This document shows, one piece after another, positions 25,538 to 38,956 of a stretch of DNA of 64,000 nucleotides. Origin of the DNA: Phoronis australis (Eukaryota > Animalia > Phoronida); assembly GCA_002633005.1 (NCBI GenBank), contig NMRA01000486.1:56237-120236 (forward strand), in the 5' to 3' direction. Position numbers and translations under genes: made by a program. How positions within the stretch are numbered: the stretch's first letter is position 1; each line of letters opens with the position of its first letter. Below the pieces are notes generated by a model. That model did no database searches, was not told where the DNA came from, and saw only the letters and a list, made by a program, of their open reading frames with translations.

Positions 25538-27466
25538 TGGTCTGTGTTAACCCCAGCAGGACATTGTCATATTAAGGCTGGAAATACTCACTCTTTACTA
25601 GAGGAGACATGAAATGGTTTGTTTGACTCATGCTCATTTTATATGTATTGTACTTAAGTGCAATGAATAATGAAGGATTTCCATAAGCGAATTGGGTTAA
25701 ATCCCATCAACAGTGACTTCTCAAAAATTTTGTTTTTCGCTTTTCGTAACGCCCTTGATTTCTTGAATTTCTCAATTTAAGTGAGTCATTAACACAGATG
25801 CGGATTTTGGTGTTTGCAGAAGTGGGCCTGGTTGTGTACACCTGGGTGACAACAATGACACTCAACTCTTCAATGCCACCTTGCCATTGTTGAGCAATGT
25901 TATCACATTACGCAACAATCACTAAGTTAAACAGCGGATAATTTTTCAATTTTACGCAAGCTGAGTACTGAATTCTTATGAAAATGCTGTCAGTAGACAA
26001 GTCTGGCTGCTGAAGATGAGAAATGAATATTCTCAATGCTCTGAGTCAGGTCAGTATGTAATAAGAACCGATGATGTCATAACCCTTCAGTCATCATGAT
26101 TGGCTATTTTATGGAGGTATTTTCATTGGTAAATATTATTGTTCTTGCTTTGAGAGTGTGGTGGTACACCACGCTCAAATTTTCAACCACGCACACCAGT
26201 TTTTTAGGTACCTTACTGAAGAAAATTCTCCACTGATAAAGATAAAGCAAATTCGTCGCGTTTTGCACACCTCGAATTATGTGGAAAAATAGCACCTTAT
26301 CCCTGACTTATTTCACGCGAGGATATACGATTATGGGTGAAACACATTTATTTCATTTTGTGTGAAATGAGTGGAGAACTGCCGTAATTTTTTATTGATT
26401 GAAATATTGGTAGTGACTATATAGTGCCCTTAAGTGGTCTCAACCTGTAAAATGCCGAGGCTCTAGTCTCACATTCTTCAGTCTAGTGTCCACTGCAGTC
26501 TGAACCTTGCCATTTTTTGTTAAATTATAACTTGGCTTAATTACTCAAAAAATAACCAAAAACATACATGGTTGTATCCTCTTTGGCACAAATGGCTAAC
26601 TCCGAGATTGACCATGTCGCCTCATTCTCATCTGCCTGACAAGTAATCCTGTGAGAACACTGGATCTTGTCCGATCAACTGGATTTTATAACGCTGTGTA
26701 CATTTTTGACGTGGCATTTAGTGTAGTTTCCTTTATTTTTCTTAAACAGTTGTGAAAACTGTCATTTTCCTACTTATGCTACAAATGGCTTTAAATATTG
26801 GATGATGTTAGAGTAACATGTTAAGTAAAGGAAACTTGTCATGGCATCCTCATCTGAACATTACTGAAATCAAGGAATTCCCATTTGCTATGTTTAATAA
26901 CTAAACTTTACTGGTAATTTGACTTTTATGTCTTAAAAGTTCACCTTTTAGACAATTGATCATAAACAAATTTCTTTGAAGTGAATATTTATCATTCTTG
27001 TGTCATTTGCAATTCATGAAATATCTAATCTCTGTAAATATTTTGGTTGGTACTTAAATGATATGCACAAAAATAGCTGGTTCTTGAAATATTTTCAAAG
27101 TAATTATACCACTGGTGAAGATTGCTTTGTATGACAAAGAGAGAATTACTCTTAAGGCTGACACCTTTCACGCTGATTTGACCCTGATACTGGTATTGTG
27201 TCTTGATCATCAGCTTAAGCCCTAGGCTAATTGACTGAAAATTTAAAACAGGAACTTTGTTGACTAAAATTGATTTTTTTAAATGTAAAAAACAAACAGA
27301 AGTTTTAAACTCATGACTCGTCAGATATTGAATCCCAATAGAGTGTCTACCTGAAACACAAAACTATTATTTTGCTGTCCCTGGTAGTTGCCCTTTCTGT
27401 GAACACATTAGTAGCTTTTTACACCTGGACTAAATTAAAGTTGCCCTTCTGAGCCCATAGTCTTAC

Positions 27467-27790
27467 CTGTCTTACTGTTGTTGATGTCCTCGTATCTGCA
27501 AGTGACAGTTTGACAACACTGAATTATGTTTTACCTGATGTGAATGGAATGGTTTTCAACCTCTGTAGAGAGCAGACCACGTTGGAACCACTAGCTGAGT
27601 TTTGCCTCAACTGAAGAGAGCAGACCGTATGAGCTAAGTAAAAACCACTTGCTGAGTTTTGTCTCTACCGAAGACTAATCCCTGTAAGCCGTGTTGACTG
27701 TCTAATACCCTGACTGCAACTGCACTATCACCCTATCATAACAAGAGCACTCTGAGTCGTCCTGCTGAGTTGTTCGCTTTTTTATTGATT
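27467..27790 (-). promoter_or_regulatory. Candidate proximal promoter and non-coding first exon of the GPCR
   Basis: Minus-strand donor CAG|GTAAGA with exon end at 27467. TATA-like CAATAAAAAAG near 27786 lies about 32 nt upstream of an Inr-like TCAG (27753). CCAAT at about 27952-27956. Confidence 0.35.
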
Positions 27791-28213
27791 AAGCTGGACA
27801 TGGGAGATCAGCGCGGCGATTGTCGTTTGCTTTGTCAGATGTTATCGCAGGCTTATGGATGTTGCTGCATTCTCTGCACACAGATATGATATCACTCCGC
27901 CAAAAGCCACGTTTTTTTTACATTCGGTCGCTCTACTGTTGTTCACATTTCATTGGATAATAAGTAGAGGCACAAAAAGGGAATTAATATCCTTCAAATG
28001 TTAAATAACTGAAATGCTGAACAGACAAGGTCGGATCTGTCATGGTTAATATCTTGGTTGTGTCATTTGTTCTGTTAATGTTCATGATACTTTCCCCATG
28101 ATTTTTAATTATTTGTTTTGTCAATATGGTACTATGATTTTGACGTAAATAGGAAATTCTGGTCCCTAGTTCTCCATGAGCTCATAAATCTAAACTTGGT
28201 TTAAACTGCACGC

Positions 28214-28328
28214 TGGATTATAAGGAATGGTGGCTTATAAGGAATGGTGGCTTATAAGGATGGCTTATAAGGAATGGTGGCTTATAAGGAATGGTGGCTT
28301 ATAAGGAATGGTGGATTATAAGGAATGG
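28214..28328. repeat. 17-bp minisatellite (TTATAAGGAATGGTGGC)n, about 7 copies
   Basis: Visible directly; one unit is truncated. Confidence 0.95.
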
Positions 28329-28989
28329 ACAAGTTTGTTGATAATTGACATCATATTACTCTGATGCATTGTGTTGCATGTCATATTTTCCTTTGTTGTC
28401 ATAGAAACAATTAAGCTGCATGGTTATTTACAGTGGTGAACACGCAGTGAAGGAATAAAAATAGATACAATTGTGCAAGACTGTCGCAATGTCATTTGAC
28501 TTCTCATAAAATGTAGAGCAGAAAAAACATGGCTTAAGATTTATAACTTCTCATTACTCATGTCTATATGTTGGGAACACACTGCTGTATGGGCCAAGCT
28601 ACACTTTGTGCCGATCTCAATTTGATATTTTATGGGCAGAATAAAGGTGATATAGCGCCCTGGAAAATGTCTATATTATTTGGCCACCTTTGGATTATCT
28701 CACTTCATAATTTTCTGGTAGGATTCATGTAAAACCTTGAGATTCTATGCTTTATTCACCGTTCCCAAACCACTGCCTGGGACTTATTGTAGGACGTTTA
28801 TTATTTTCGTGCAAAAACTTAAAAGTTACATTAAACAATAACGTAATGATATTCAAAGAACTTTAATATGAGTTTTTGAGATCATGAACATTTAAAATAT
28901 TAAATGAAATTAGTTATGTTATCTATACCGTTGTTTTGCTATCAATATACTTTTTAAGTACCAACGTGAAAATCTGCGCATACTTAAAC

Positions 28990-30105
28990 CACAGGCGCTT
29001 GGGTTTATCGCAAATGACGTCACTCATAATATATAAGTAAACATAAAGGTTGGACACTCGAAATCTGTTTGCTCAGAATTTTCTACTCATATGTGCATGG
29101 AACTCCACGAAACTAGCATCGAACAACTCTTAGAATACTTTCTTTCATTCGATCTCTTCAAATTGCCTTCAAGTGGTAATTTGGTGACAAAAATGCCAAA
29201 AGAATGCCAAAATCACAAATTCGAGGACCTAATTCCGTGATGTCATGGCAGACGGTCTTCGCACATCCGGGTTTTGACAGACGCTCCCGAGCTAAATCCG
29301 AAAGTCTAATTTCGCGCGGCTTTTGCAGTCTATCCATCAACTACTTGATCATGAGAAGCAGAGAGCACTTTATTGCCAAATAAATGTAATTACTCACATA
29401 TTTGTGTCAAATATAAATTATCCTGATACTGTATTGATATGCGAAGTTTTTTGTGTACTGTGATTTCTTATGAAGGTTTTACTTTTGGCCATAACCATTG
29501 AATTAACTCGTCGGCCACGCGCATTGTAATACTTGCACGGACTGCGTTTTCTGGCCGAGTGTGTGTTGTGCTTCAATCAAAAAAGTGCGTGATGTCAAGA
29601 TGAGAAACAAGATACGCCAGTTTATGTAATAAAATTCTAAGTTAAGGGCTAAAATGAGCCGTCAGTGGAATAAAGTTACAAATAATCATTAAAATACTAA
29701 CTTTAACATTTTCAATTAGTTGAGTTTTGGATTAGAATTATTGAATTTGAAATATAGGTTGCCTGCTCAAACTCGAAGTTTCACCTACGACAGGCGTACA
29801 AGTTGAAGCACAACTGAAATCCGCCATGTTTACTATTTCAGGTCCTTGAATTCAGAGTTTTGAGATTGTTTTAGAAATTCCATCGCCAATTCACCTCTCA
29901 CGAATACAGTTAATGGGATCTAGGAAAGATAAGGCTTCGAAGGTTTATGCAACACCAGACTGAGGGAGGTGCACGCAGATTTTATTTGGATTTTGGACGG
30001 TTGAAGTTGGGAGCCTCGGCTTGGCAAAGTTTAAGTGTCCAACCTTTATGTTTTCTTATATATATTATTGAGTGACGTCATTTGCGATAAACCCAAGCGC
30101 CTGTG
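28990..30105. mobile_element. Non-autonomous DNA transposon with 8-bp TSD (P-element- or hAT-type)
   Basis: About 70-bp TIR CACAGGCGCTTGGGTTTATCGCAAATGACGTCACTCA...AAGGTTGGACACT. Perfect TSD ACTTAAAC (28982-28989 and 30106-30113). No ORF. Confidence 0.9.
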
Positions 30106-32069
30106 ACTTAAACAAAGACATACAAAAACGATGTCTTTGTTTAAGTTTGCGCTGATTTAAAGTTCGTTCTCATATTTTGACAAAAAGCATGATATTATGT
30201 GATCAAACATACTTCTTTGCTAATTTTTAGTAAAACGACATAGTCTTGTAACTTGGCTAATTTAAGATTTGGCAAAGACAAATATCAAATTCTGCAGGCT
30301 TTGTACTGATATAAAATATTTACTTTTACATGGTAAAAATCAATGGTTTTGTAGATATTTGTCTATTTGCTACAATACCTTATCTGTGGTTCAGAGTTAG
30401 GTCGAGTTTTCAAATGTTAAGATTGCCAGATTGTAGACAAGTTGGAGATGAATGTGTTTTAGCATTCAATTCCTGTTTTAAAAGTGACACAGGTGGTGCA
30501 GAAATTAACTAAATGCTAGTGAAAATTAACATTTCCGGACAGCGCATTACGGTCTATTTAGCATTTTGCCACTGAAAAACTGCTAGCGTTTTCCACAATG
30601 GTCTCAGGTGCAGACATTTTTCAAGTGTGCCGGTTCTTGACTTCAAGTTTCTCGTTAATTTCATTTCGCTGGTACCAAGTATCCTAGTTTGTAGTGGCCT
30701 AGGTTTTCATAAGCCTTGCACGGGGTTTCCCGTTTTGACAACCTCCATTCCTATGTGGTGGCTTGGTAATTTTGGTAGGTCGCATTTGGTGGGTTGACAT
30801 TACGCTTAGTGCCTAACTCTGTAGTTTTAATGATAGAAGAAGTATTTTGTTTTCAAGTGCTGGCCCAACAGCAGAGGCACTGTTATTGTAGAATGAAATT
30901 TAAGACCCGAGCATTGATTTATGTGCACATGCTTATCTCCAGACCTAAAGTTACTTGCACTGTGGGCGATAGCATCAAAACGCATGTAAACATCATCTAA
31001 TTGATAAATATTGTCTTAAAGCAGATTTCTTGATAGTTTACAGACTTATGTTAATTTCATGGTATGCCACAGGAAAATTAATGGCCTCGGAACTACCAGA
31101 TGTCACGGATAAAGATTTTAATGTCCCACACGTTTTGTTATAAAATTTAACCTAGCATTTTGATCTCTTTTTTAGACCCTCATGAATTGTTATATGATCT
31201 TAGTTCCATTTAACCACTTTTGTTGATGTTGAATTGGACTGCCTACCTTTAATTGGCCTTATAACACTTAAATCATTGATTGTGCCAGTCTTTGACAGAA
31301 GCACTTTGTTAAGTTAAGCATACGCCTTAACATTCCTTCATTTCAATAATTATTAAAATAAATATTTAGCACTGGAGACTGTCTGCTGTAGCCCTACACG
31401 ATGAATCTCATTTGTTAAAATAATTAGCAAGTTCTTGCTAAATGTGTTTCCGCAAAGTGAGTTTTAATGCTGTGAACATTCGGGTTGGTGCTACTGTTGA
31501 AAAATTTCAGATTCAGCGTCCTGAATGCTTTTGAGAATTTTCTGTTAAGCGCCCACTAATGCCCTCTTGTAATTTAATTTGCAGAATTGAACGATAAAGC
31601 AGAAATCAGATTGATTTCGAGTGGCGGTGTAGTTTGCATTCATAATGCTGGAGACATCGTATTCTGTTTTTGTATTGCATTAAAAATGTGCGAGTAGTTG
31701 AAATTGATTATTACCATTGACACCCAGACTGCCAGTCACTAACTCATATTCTGTGCAACAACAAACTTATGTTTCGAATGAAGTTTTTTCTGAAAGTTTT
31801 AAGAGCCAAAATTGTGTCCTTGTCAACCTCCGGCTGCGAAGCGACACTAACGAATTACATGGTGGAGTCACGTGTCATTTTGTGGCTGAACTATTTTTTC
31901 CATGTTTGACATGTATTCAGTGCCAAGGGAGCAAACTCGCATCACTCGATAATGGAAATACAGATGAAGTCGTAGTACTTGGTGGCTTTGTATTTCATGC
32001 AAAACTAATTATTGAATACAGAATGACAAGTTGCAAGGACATTTACAAAAATGTGTCAAACTAATCTTA

Positions 32070-32710
32070 TTGTACTCAAACCGCAAAATTCGTTGATAAG
32101 GAGTTTCATATTGATCAAAATAAATGGGTAGATTTCTGTTCCTTAGCTTTCAAATGTACTGTAGATAGTTGTTACATCAATTGCTGTTTTACATAGTATT
32201 TCAGGCAACAAACCCATTTCTTCACAGAGTAAAGATTATTGATACTGATACATGTGTTTTAGGTCAACAAGAAACATTGGAACACATATTCATTATTGCT
32301 ATGTTACGAAAGAATTTTTTGATGAAGTTTGTGACTGGGATTAGCCTACATGCAGCAATACGCAAAGAGGTTGAATGTGTTATTTGCAATACATGCTCGT
32401 AATTCAAGTAAAGTTTTGAATTACTGTCTCTTACAAAGTAAATGTTTCATTTATAGTTGTAGAACAAAAATTCAGATGCCTACGGTCAATCTTGTTCTTA
32501 AAATATTGGAGTATGAACTTAATGTCTAAAAGTTCTCCTTGCTAAGTAATTCCATATATGTTAGTGTGACACCAAATATAGATTTTCGCTCAGCTTCCAG
32601 TTTAAATCTACGTCTGTTTTGGCATGATACCCTTTCGAATGAGATATTGGACCCTGTTGTAATATTTACACGTTTTTTTCTGTTGAACTTTTTGAGACAG
32701 AAATAAATAC
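32070..32710 (+). mobile_element. 5'-truncated L1/Tx1-clade LINE 3' fragment (zf-RVT region)
   Basis: IDQNKWVDFCSLAFKCTVDS...ATNPFLHRVKIIDTDTC...QETLEHIF matches the L1/Tx1 'W..I....F.CT.D...TN..L.K..I....C.FC...ET.EHLF..C' motif. AATAAA near 32702. Confidence 0.75.
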
Positions 32711-32859
32711 ATTAAATGACATAAGTTGCAAGATTTTTTGAATACTAAAATTTACAATGATATGAGCACAACCGGAGAAATCGCTTTCGCATTACATCAA
32801 GGTTATCGTTCACTACCTTGCATACATTTGCTAGTAAGACCAAGCTCAGAGTTTGTACA

Positions 32860-32948
32860 ATGCTCAATTGTCAGCCAGTAAAGCTACTGGATTCGAGCCC
32901 AGGTCTCCCAAACAGGAGTCCGGAGCTCAAACACCACTGAGCCACAAT
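32860..32948 (-). mobile_element. tRNA-derived SINE head, a second family
   Basis: Minus strand GTGGCTCAGTGGT (A box) ...GGGCTCGAATCC (B box). Not homologous to the family A body. Confidence 0.55.
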
Positions 32949-33368
32949 GCATCATTCCCACTCATCAATGCCACATTAGTTTAGAGCATAGAAAACCTCG
33001 GAAGTTTTTTGATAGGATGTTTTCAACCATTTGTGGCAAAATTTGGACTGTGAACAAAGGTAAGACTCTTAATGTGCACTTTCCTTTATCCCATGACTTT
33101 GATAATGTTCGAGTGGTTGGTAAATCCTAGAAAAGTGCCGTGTATTTTTCCAATGTTTATTTCCTCCTATGTCACCATGGTTACTTAGCCACTCAAAACC
33201 ATGTATCTGTAGACTTCCATTTCGAAGGTCGTAGGCGAACTAGTAATTGGCCGAAATATATTTTGATTTTTCAAGTTCTTAACAAAGTCATGCTTGTAAA
33301 TGTCTATAATTTTTCTAAACCTTGTCTGTTGGTTGCTGTGTTACAAAACATGAACATGGAAATGCATA

Positions 33369-35795
33369 CCGTAAACGTTTGGGTTAACGCCCTGGGCGGT
33401 TAAATTGGCGAATCCAAAAAATCGGGGGAGGGCGGTTAACCGAGCAGTGGGCGGTTAAATCGAAAATCCACCTCAAGTAGGGGATGGGCGGTTAACTGAA
33501 CATGGGCGCTTATTACGACAGACAACCGCCCTGGGCGGTTAATCTTACCTGGCGATCTAAATCCCGACACGACAATCATACTCGGAACGCGTAGCCCTTT
33601 TCAAAGAGCTTTATCGTCACGTCGCCAAATGACTGTGAAAACATCATAACAGCGGATGATCCCAACAAAGGTTCTCTTGCCCTCAGATTAGTCATTCACT
33701 ATTAAATTTACAAAATTGCTGAGTAATAGCCCCGTGCCGTCCTGCGGTGCGCAGACGACCAGTGACCTCGCAGCCTCCACTAGAATTAAAACTGTTTCAA
33801 GATGTGACCCTGCTTAAGTGCGCGCGTGCAAGCTTCACGTGTTGCAGAGGTCAGACATCAAATTTATGGTTACAGTCTCGTACTATATGTAGCTGTCAAG
33901 TTCTGAGTCAGAGAGCAGTTTTAAAATTGGTTGTAATAAAAGTTTGAAAAACTTAACTCTGCTGTTTTTTTTTGTTTGGGATGTTATAGTCGACACTCCG
34001 TGACTCAATGACATTTTCAGCGTATGGTTCTGCGGCTAGCTGTCTTATCTCGACAGCCCGGCATTGCTCTCTTGCCGTTGCGCCAAACATGCTATGCAAA
34101 GAAGTAAGACAAGGATCGGGGGTGGTCGAGCCAGTCGTCGATCAAGAATAAAATTTCAAGCAACTGCATAAATATGTTACAAAATGTCAGAAAACAGCAA
34201 TGTTTCAATTCATTATTCTAAACGATCACCTTACCAAACTTCGTGGTGGAAAAACATTTATTTTTCATGCAAGATGTCCAGATTATCCTATTTATATCAC
34301 TTGTAATATCGCACTGCGGCACTGTTCGGTCCCGCTGTTATCGCGCAATGTCTCAGTCGGCTGACAATCGTGACTTGGAAATGCCGTCAAGTAATATAAC
34401 GGCCTCTTTCAATATGCATCTCGTTTTTTATGGCCAAAGATAGTGGCGGTATTCAGCACGCACGTAGGGCCTACGTGTGAGTCACCTGTCAATCACATGT
34501 TGGTGTCAAGGTAACATGCACTCCAAAGTGTGGGAACTTGCGCACGTGCACCACTACAAATCAGTCACACATAGCGACAGTCCGACGAAGTAACAAAAAC
34601 GGGCGTGACTATGTACTTTTAAGCTGTTGTTACGAAAGACCCAGTTCTTTACGATATTCCTCCGTTGCCAATGTTCCCCAAAACTGCGATGTCAAGTCTA
34701 TTCCCATATTTCCCGGCTCGATGCTCCCTAAGCCCATCCCTGTAACTAGCTGCGTGAATCTCCTACCCACTATCGTCAAGCAGTCTACGTCGTAGATATT
34801 TCAGACTCGAATGGTAAGAATTTTTGTTCAGGCTGAAAATGGCCAATGTATAAACAAAATTATTCTGGATGGCTAAAAAGGGGATGTGGAAACGATAATT
34901 CACACAGTCACGCTTACGTGGGGGCTGACGCAAGAAATAGTAAAGAACAGCCAGCGACATTAGTTAAATCTGCTAACCAGTTTGACTGAGATGCAATAAG
35001 CGAAAAACAAAATTTGACTAGCCGTTTTTTATTACTTCAAGATCATACACAAACATACATTATTGCCAACGTTTGAATTCAGAAATCGACAGGCAGCAAC
35101 GAAATCGGTAACCCAGTAAGGCACTTGTACTGTCCCTTCGGTCGCCCCACATCCTCTATAACCCGGCAGTTATATTCATCAAAATATTGAGAATTTGACA
35201 TCTTTCCGTGAGTTGTGAGATTTGTTCAAAATACGAGAGCTTCCCACCTTAATAGAATTTGGAGGGTTGGCAAAACCATTGTCACATTTCTCTGGCCTGA
35301 TTTTTTCGAATATATGTTTTATCTAGTGCACTGCAGACGGAAACTCAGCGCGGCAGACAAAGTCGCTGAAAGCGGAGGTTTTGACGCCGGCGGCGTTCTT
35401 AAACTTTGCAAACAAGGGAAGAAAATAAAGTGACAAAAAGGTTCAAGTATTATATTTTGAAGTGAGTTCATGACCCAAGACAATAACTCGTTACCTGTAT
35501 TGTAATTCAGATTGCTAAACCACCGTCTCGGAGTCCCGGCGTCGTTGCACTCATTGTGATCATCGATCTTTTTCTATAAGTCGGGGAATCGCGCGTTTCC
35601 TTAGCACTAGGCGCTAAATCTTCATTCTTTAAAAGTCGGGGATGGGCGCTTAACTGAGAGGTGGGCGCTTAACTGGAAATCTTCAAAAATCACAGGGGGG
35701 CGCTTAACCGAGCAGTGGGCGGTTAAATCGAAAATCCACTTAAAGTCGGGGATGGGCGGTTAACTGAGCATGGGCGTTAACCCGAACGATTACGG
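33369..35795. mobile_element. 2.4-kb non-autonomous Tc1/mariner (pogo/Tigger-like) element
   Basis: TA TSD on both sides. TIR CCGTAAACGTTTGGGTTAACGCCC / GGGCGTTAACCCGAACGATTACGG. Many GGGCGGTTAA subterminal motifs. Block 33400-33510 is repeated directly at 35660-35780. CpG-rich interior with no transposase ORF. Confidence 0.88.
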
Positions 35796-37867
35796 TATAC
35801 TGTAGTCATAGGTTATAGACTACAGATACGGAACTCCAACATTTTCTTGCGAAATATCCTAGAGGAGGCGCTACCCTCAAAATATAGCAAACTCAGCTTC
35901 CAGTTAGCGTATAATGTGACGGGGAAATTCTTGCATCTATTAGACTGTCCATTACAATGAAAAAATAATTTCGGCATTGAAACGCTGTTCAGTCTTCAAT
36001 AATAGAACTCTTGGTATCGTGAGTACTTTTGGCAATGCAACACGAACACCCAACAGCTGACTATGATTAACAGACAACGTGCTTGCTGGAGTAAAACGTG
36101 CTATGACTGCCAGGTGTCGCTAGTGAATAGTGACATCACAACTTATGCATAAGGTCACAGATTTTGTCCATTAATTAAAAACGTACAGAGTTGGCGGTCC
36201 ATGTACTATAGTCTATGATTTAATTAGGTGCAACGTGTGTGGCATGCAAAAATGATAAAATAAAATTTCACTTAAGTTGGCCATGTGTCCTAAATTGAGA
36301 GAGTTTACTACAGTAGGTGCTGTGTACAAGTGGAAGCTTCAACTTATAAAATGAGACATTTGACCAAAGTGCACTGAACACTCTGTCCATTTTCAAGCCA
36401 GTGTTTGTTTTGCCAAACAACTGAGCCAGCACACCTACTAATTAACTGAGGAGGAATTAATTTACGAGCAAAATCTGCTCTTGAGATTAGTGCAGGGATC
36501 CACCATTGCGATAACCTCTTGTTGACTCTGTAAGACATTCTTAAGAAGGTATAATTAAGCTTAAGTCCTAGTATTCCTTGTAATTCAATGATAAGCTAAA
36601 GGCTTAGTTTGCTTTAACCATCTATTTCTCTCAGTATAGCTAACTCCCAACATTTTCATGACACTTAAGTATTGTAACGGGGGGGGGGGGGGCCNNNNGG
36701 CTCCAGTCAGACTTACTTCTTTTCGTATTTTTGAGGCAATTTGTTGTGACAGACCTATTGCAAGAGTTAATCACTGAGTATATGTTTGACACAGATCGGG
36801 GTCATTGGGTGCAGACAATCGATATTCATGAGATAGAGTTGTTTTCGTGACTTAGCTACGTAGCTGTGTTGTTATTTGCCTATTATTAGCATTTGGAAAT
36901 CTTGGCCTATTTAATGGCGTCTTGTACTTCGTCAATAGATTTGTGCAAGATTTACTGCGAGCAGAACAATTACCACGTTAGCAATGTCTTCACGGTATAT
37001 CAACTGAAACTGGTCATTTTTCAAAACTGTTTGGATTCTGAATTTGAATTAATTTACTTCTGAAAAGTTATATTAGATCATTTTGCCCAAGAAATGCGAT
37101 AAAATTTATTGCAAAACAATTCTGCTCGTTAAGTTGGGGCATGTAGTTACATGCGTTTCCATTAGGTTTTAGGCTCACTTAGGTAATTATCATTGGAACT
37201 TTTAAGAATAGACTGGATTGATATCTGGATTTGGAAACCGCTTTCAAGTGGGAGTTGAAACTAAACAAGAGATTTATGTTATGATATCGAGTTTAGTTCT
37301 TTAGCAGCGTTCAAATTAGGCAGCTAATTATATTTCATCGGTTGTTTGTCGTTTCATTGAAGTTTGTTAGACCAATCACCATGCATGGAATTATGGATGA
37401 AGTTACTCAGAGTGCAGTGAATAAACAAGAAGACTTAGGTGAACCTACGCTATGTAATTAGTTTAATTATGGCTTCCAATCATTTCTTGACAAACACAAA
37501 AACTCATCAAATAATCCGCATCATTTTTGTCTGTGTTTTTAATTACTGGTTGGTTTGTCGTTGGTTGCGCTGGATATGTGTAATGCCAGGGATATAATTA
37601 AACTAAAGCTTTCAGGCAGCCAGCGGGCCGATGAATGAAATGAGGTTTTGATCTAGTTTATGGTTTCTAAATGTAACAATGCTTGTAGAACAATCAATTT
37701 TAACAAAAGGAGTACTTGTATTAATGAATACCTAGCTCTCTATCAAAACCTCTTGATCGGCCATGGTTTGTTGTTACTCTTACTGGAGAGTTATTGTGAC
37801 CATTGGTTTTGTTAAGATTTGTACTTCATTGTCTGCAAAACATTACCAATAAGATACATAGATGCTC

Positions 37868-38210
37868 TTCCAAATACCAATGTTATGACCAGTTGCATCA
37901 CATTATCGTTTTACTGTTCCAAATACCAATGTTATGACCAGTTGCATCACATTATTGTTTTACTGTTCCATATACCAATGTTATGACCAGTTTCATCACG
38001 TTATCGTTTTACTGTTCCAAATACTAATGTTATGACCAGTTGCATTTCATTATCGTTTTACTGTTCCAAATACCAATGTTGTGACCAGTTTCATCACATT
38101 ATCGTTTTACTGTTCCATATACCAATGTTATGACCAGTTGCATTTCATTATCGTTTTACTGTTCCAAATACCAATGTTATGACCAGTTTCATCACATTAT
38201 CATTTTACTG
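37868..38210. repeat. 49-bp minisatellite, 7 copies
   Basis: Unit TTCCAAATACCAATGTTATGACCAGTTGCATCACATTATCGTTTTACTG, head-to-tail with no spacers. Confidence 0.95.
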
Positions 38211-38716
38211 TCATTTTTTACTTGGATCTTAATTAAGAAAGGAGACAATAGATTTCGAAAAATTTCCGGACAAAATTCAGCATTGACCTTCTTTATGGAT
38301 GTCATCAATGTCGTTGAAGATGCAATGTTACATAAATCTATGTGCTAACGCCTTCCTTTTGTTAACTGTCCAAGTTTTGTAACCAGAGTGTTTAAAAATC
38401 CTACTGCAAAAGAACTTCCGTGAACTGAGCCATTGTATTTTGTCATTAATGATGCAATGAATACGTGGGAATCATCCAGCGCAAACTGAACAGGAAAAAT
38501 ATCTTGTTATCTTCTGTTGCTTATATACTCAATAATTAACGTGCATGAAATAAACAGCCTCAAAATACTTTGACGCTCTTTCTTTATCAGGTGATTCAAG
38601 TTTCTCACAAAGCACTGAATAATTCAACGACAATTTATGTCACATGACTCCACAATGCCTATCACTTCAAGTAAATATGGCCATGAGTTAATTCTTAAAA
38701 CTGAGAAAAGGTTTTT

Positions 38717-38956
38717 ATGAAAAATACATGTTTACATAACAGAGTCTAGCTGACTACAGTATCTGTCATGAAAAATACATGTTTACATAACAGAGTCTAG
38801 CTGACTACAGCATCTGTCGGCAAAGTGTCAATTTCAACAACACAGCCATTTTAGTGCACTGCAAAAGACTATAAAGGACTCTACGATGTCTCAACTACAA
38901 TGAAATCAAAAGTGATCCAAGTATAATTACTATTATTATTATTATTATTATTATTA
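38717..38956. repeat. ~51-bp tandem duplication followed by a (TAT)n microsatellite
   Basis: atgaaaaatacatgtttacataacagagtctagctgactacag occurs twice. (TAT)n at 38930-38956. Confidence 0.85.

Noticed and set aside
37868-38210. CRISPR-like regular repeats (also 7131-7300, 55141-55523 and 57706-57968)
   Set aside because: Units are head-to-tail with no unique spacers, there are no cas genes, and the context is eukaryotic. These are minisatellites.
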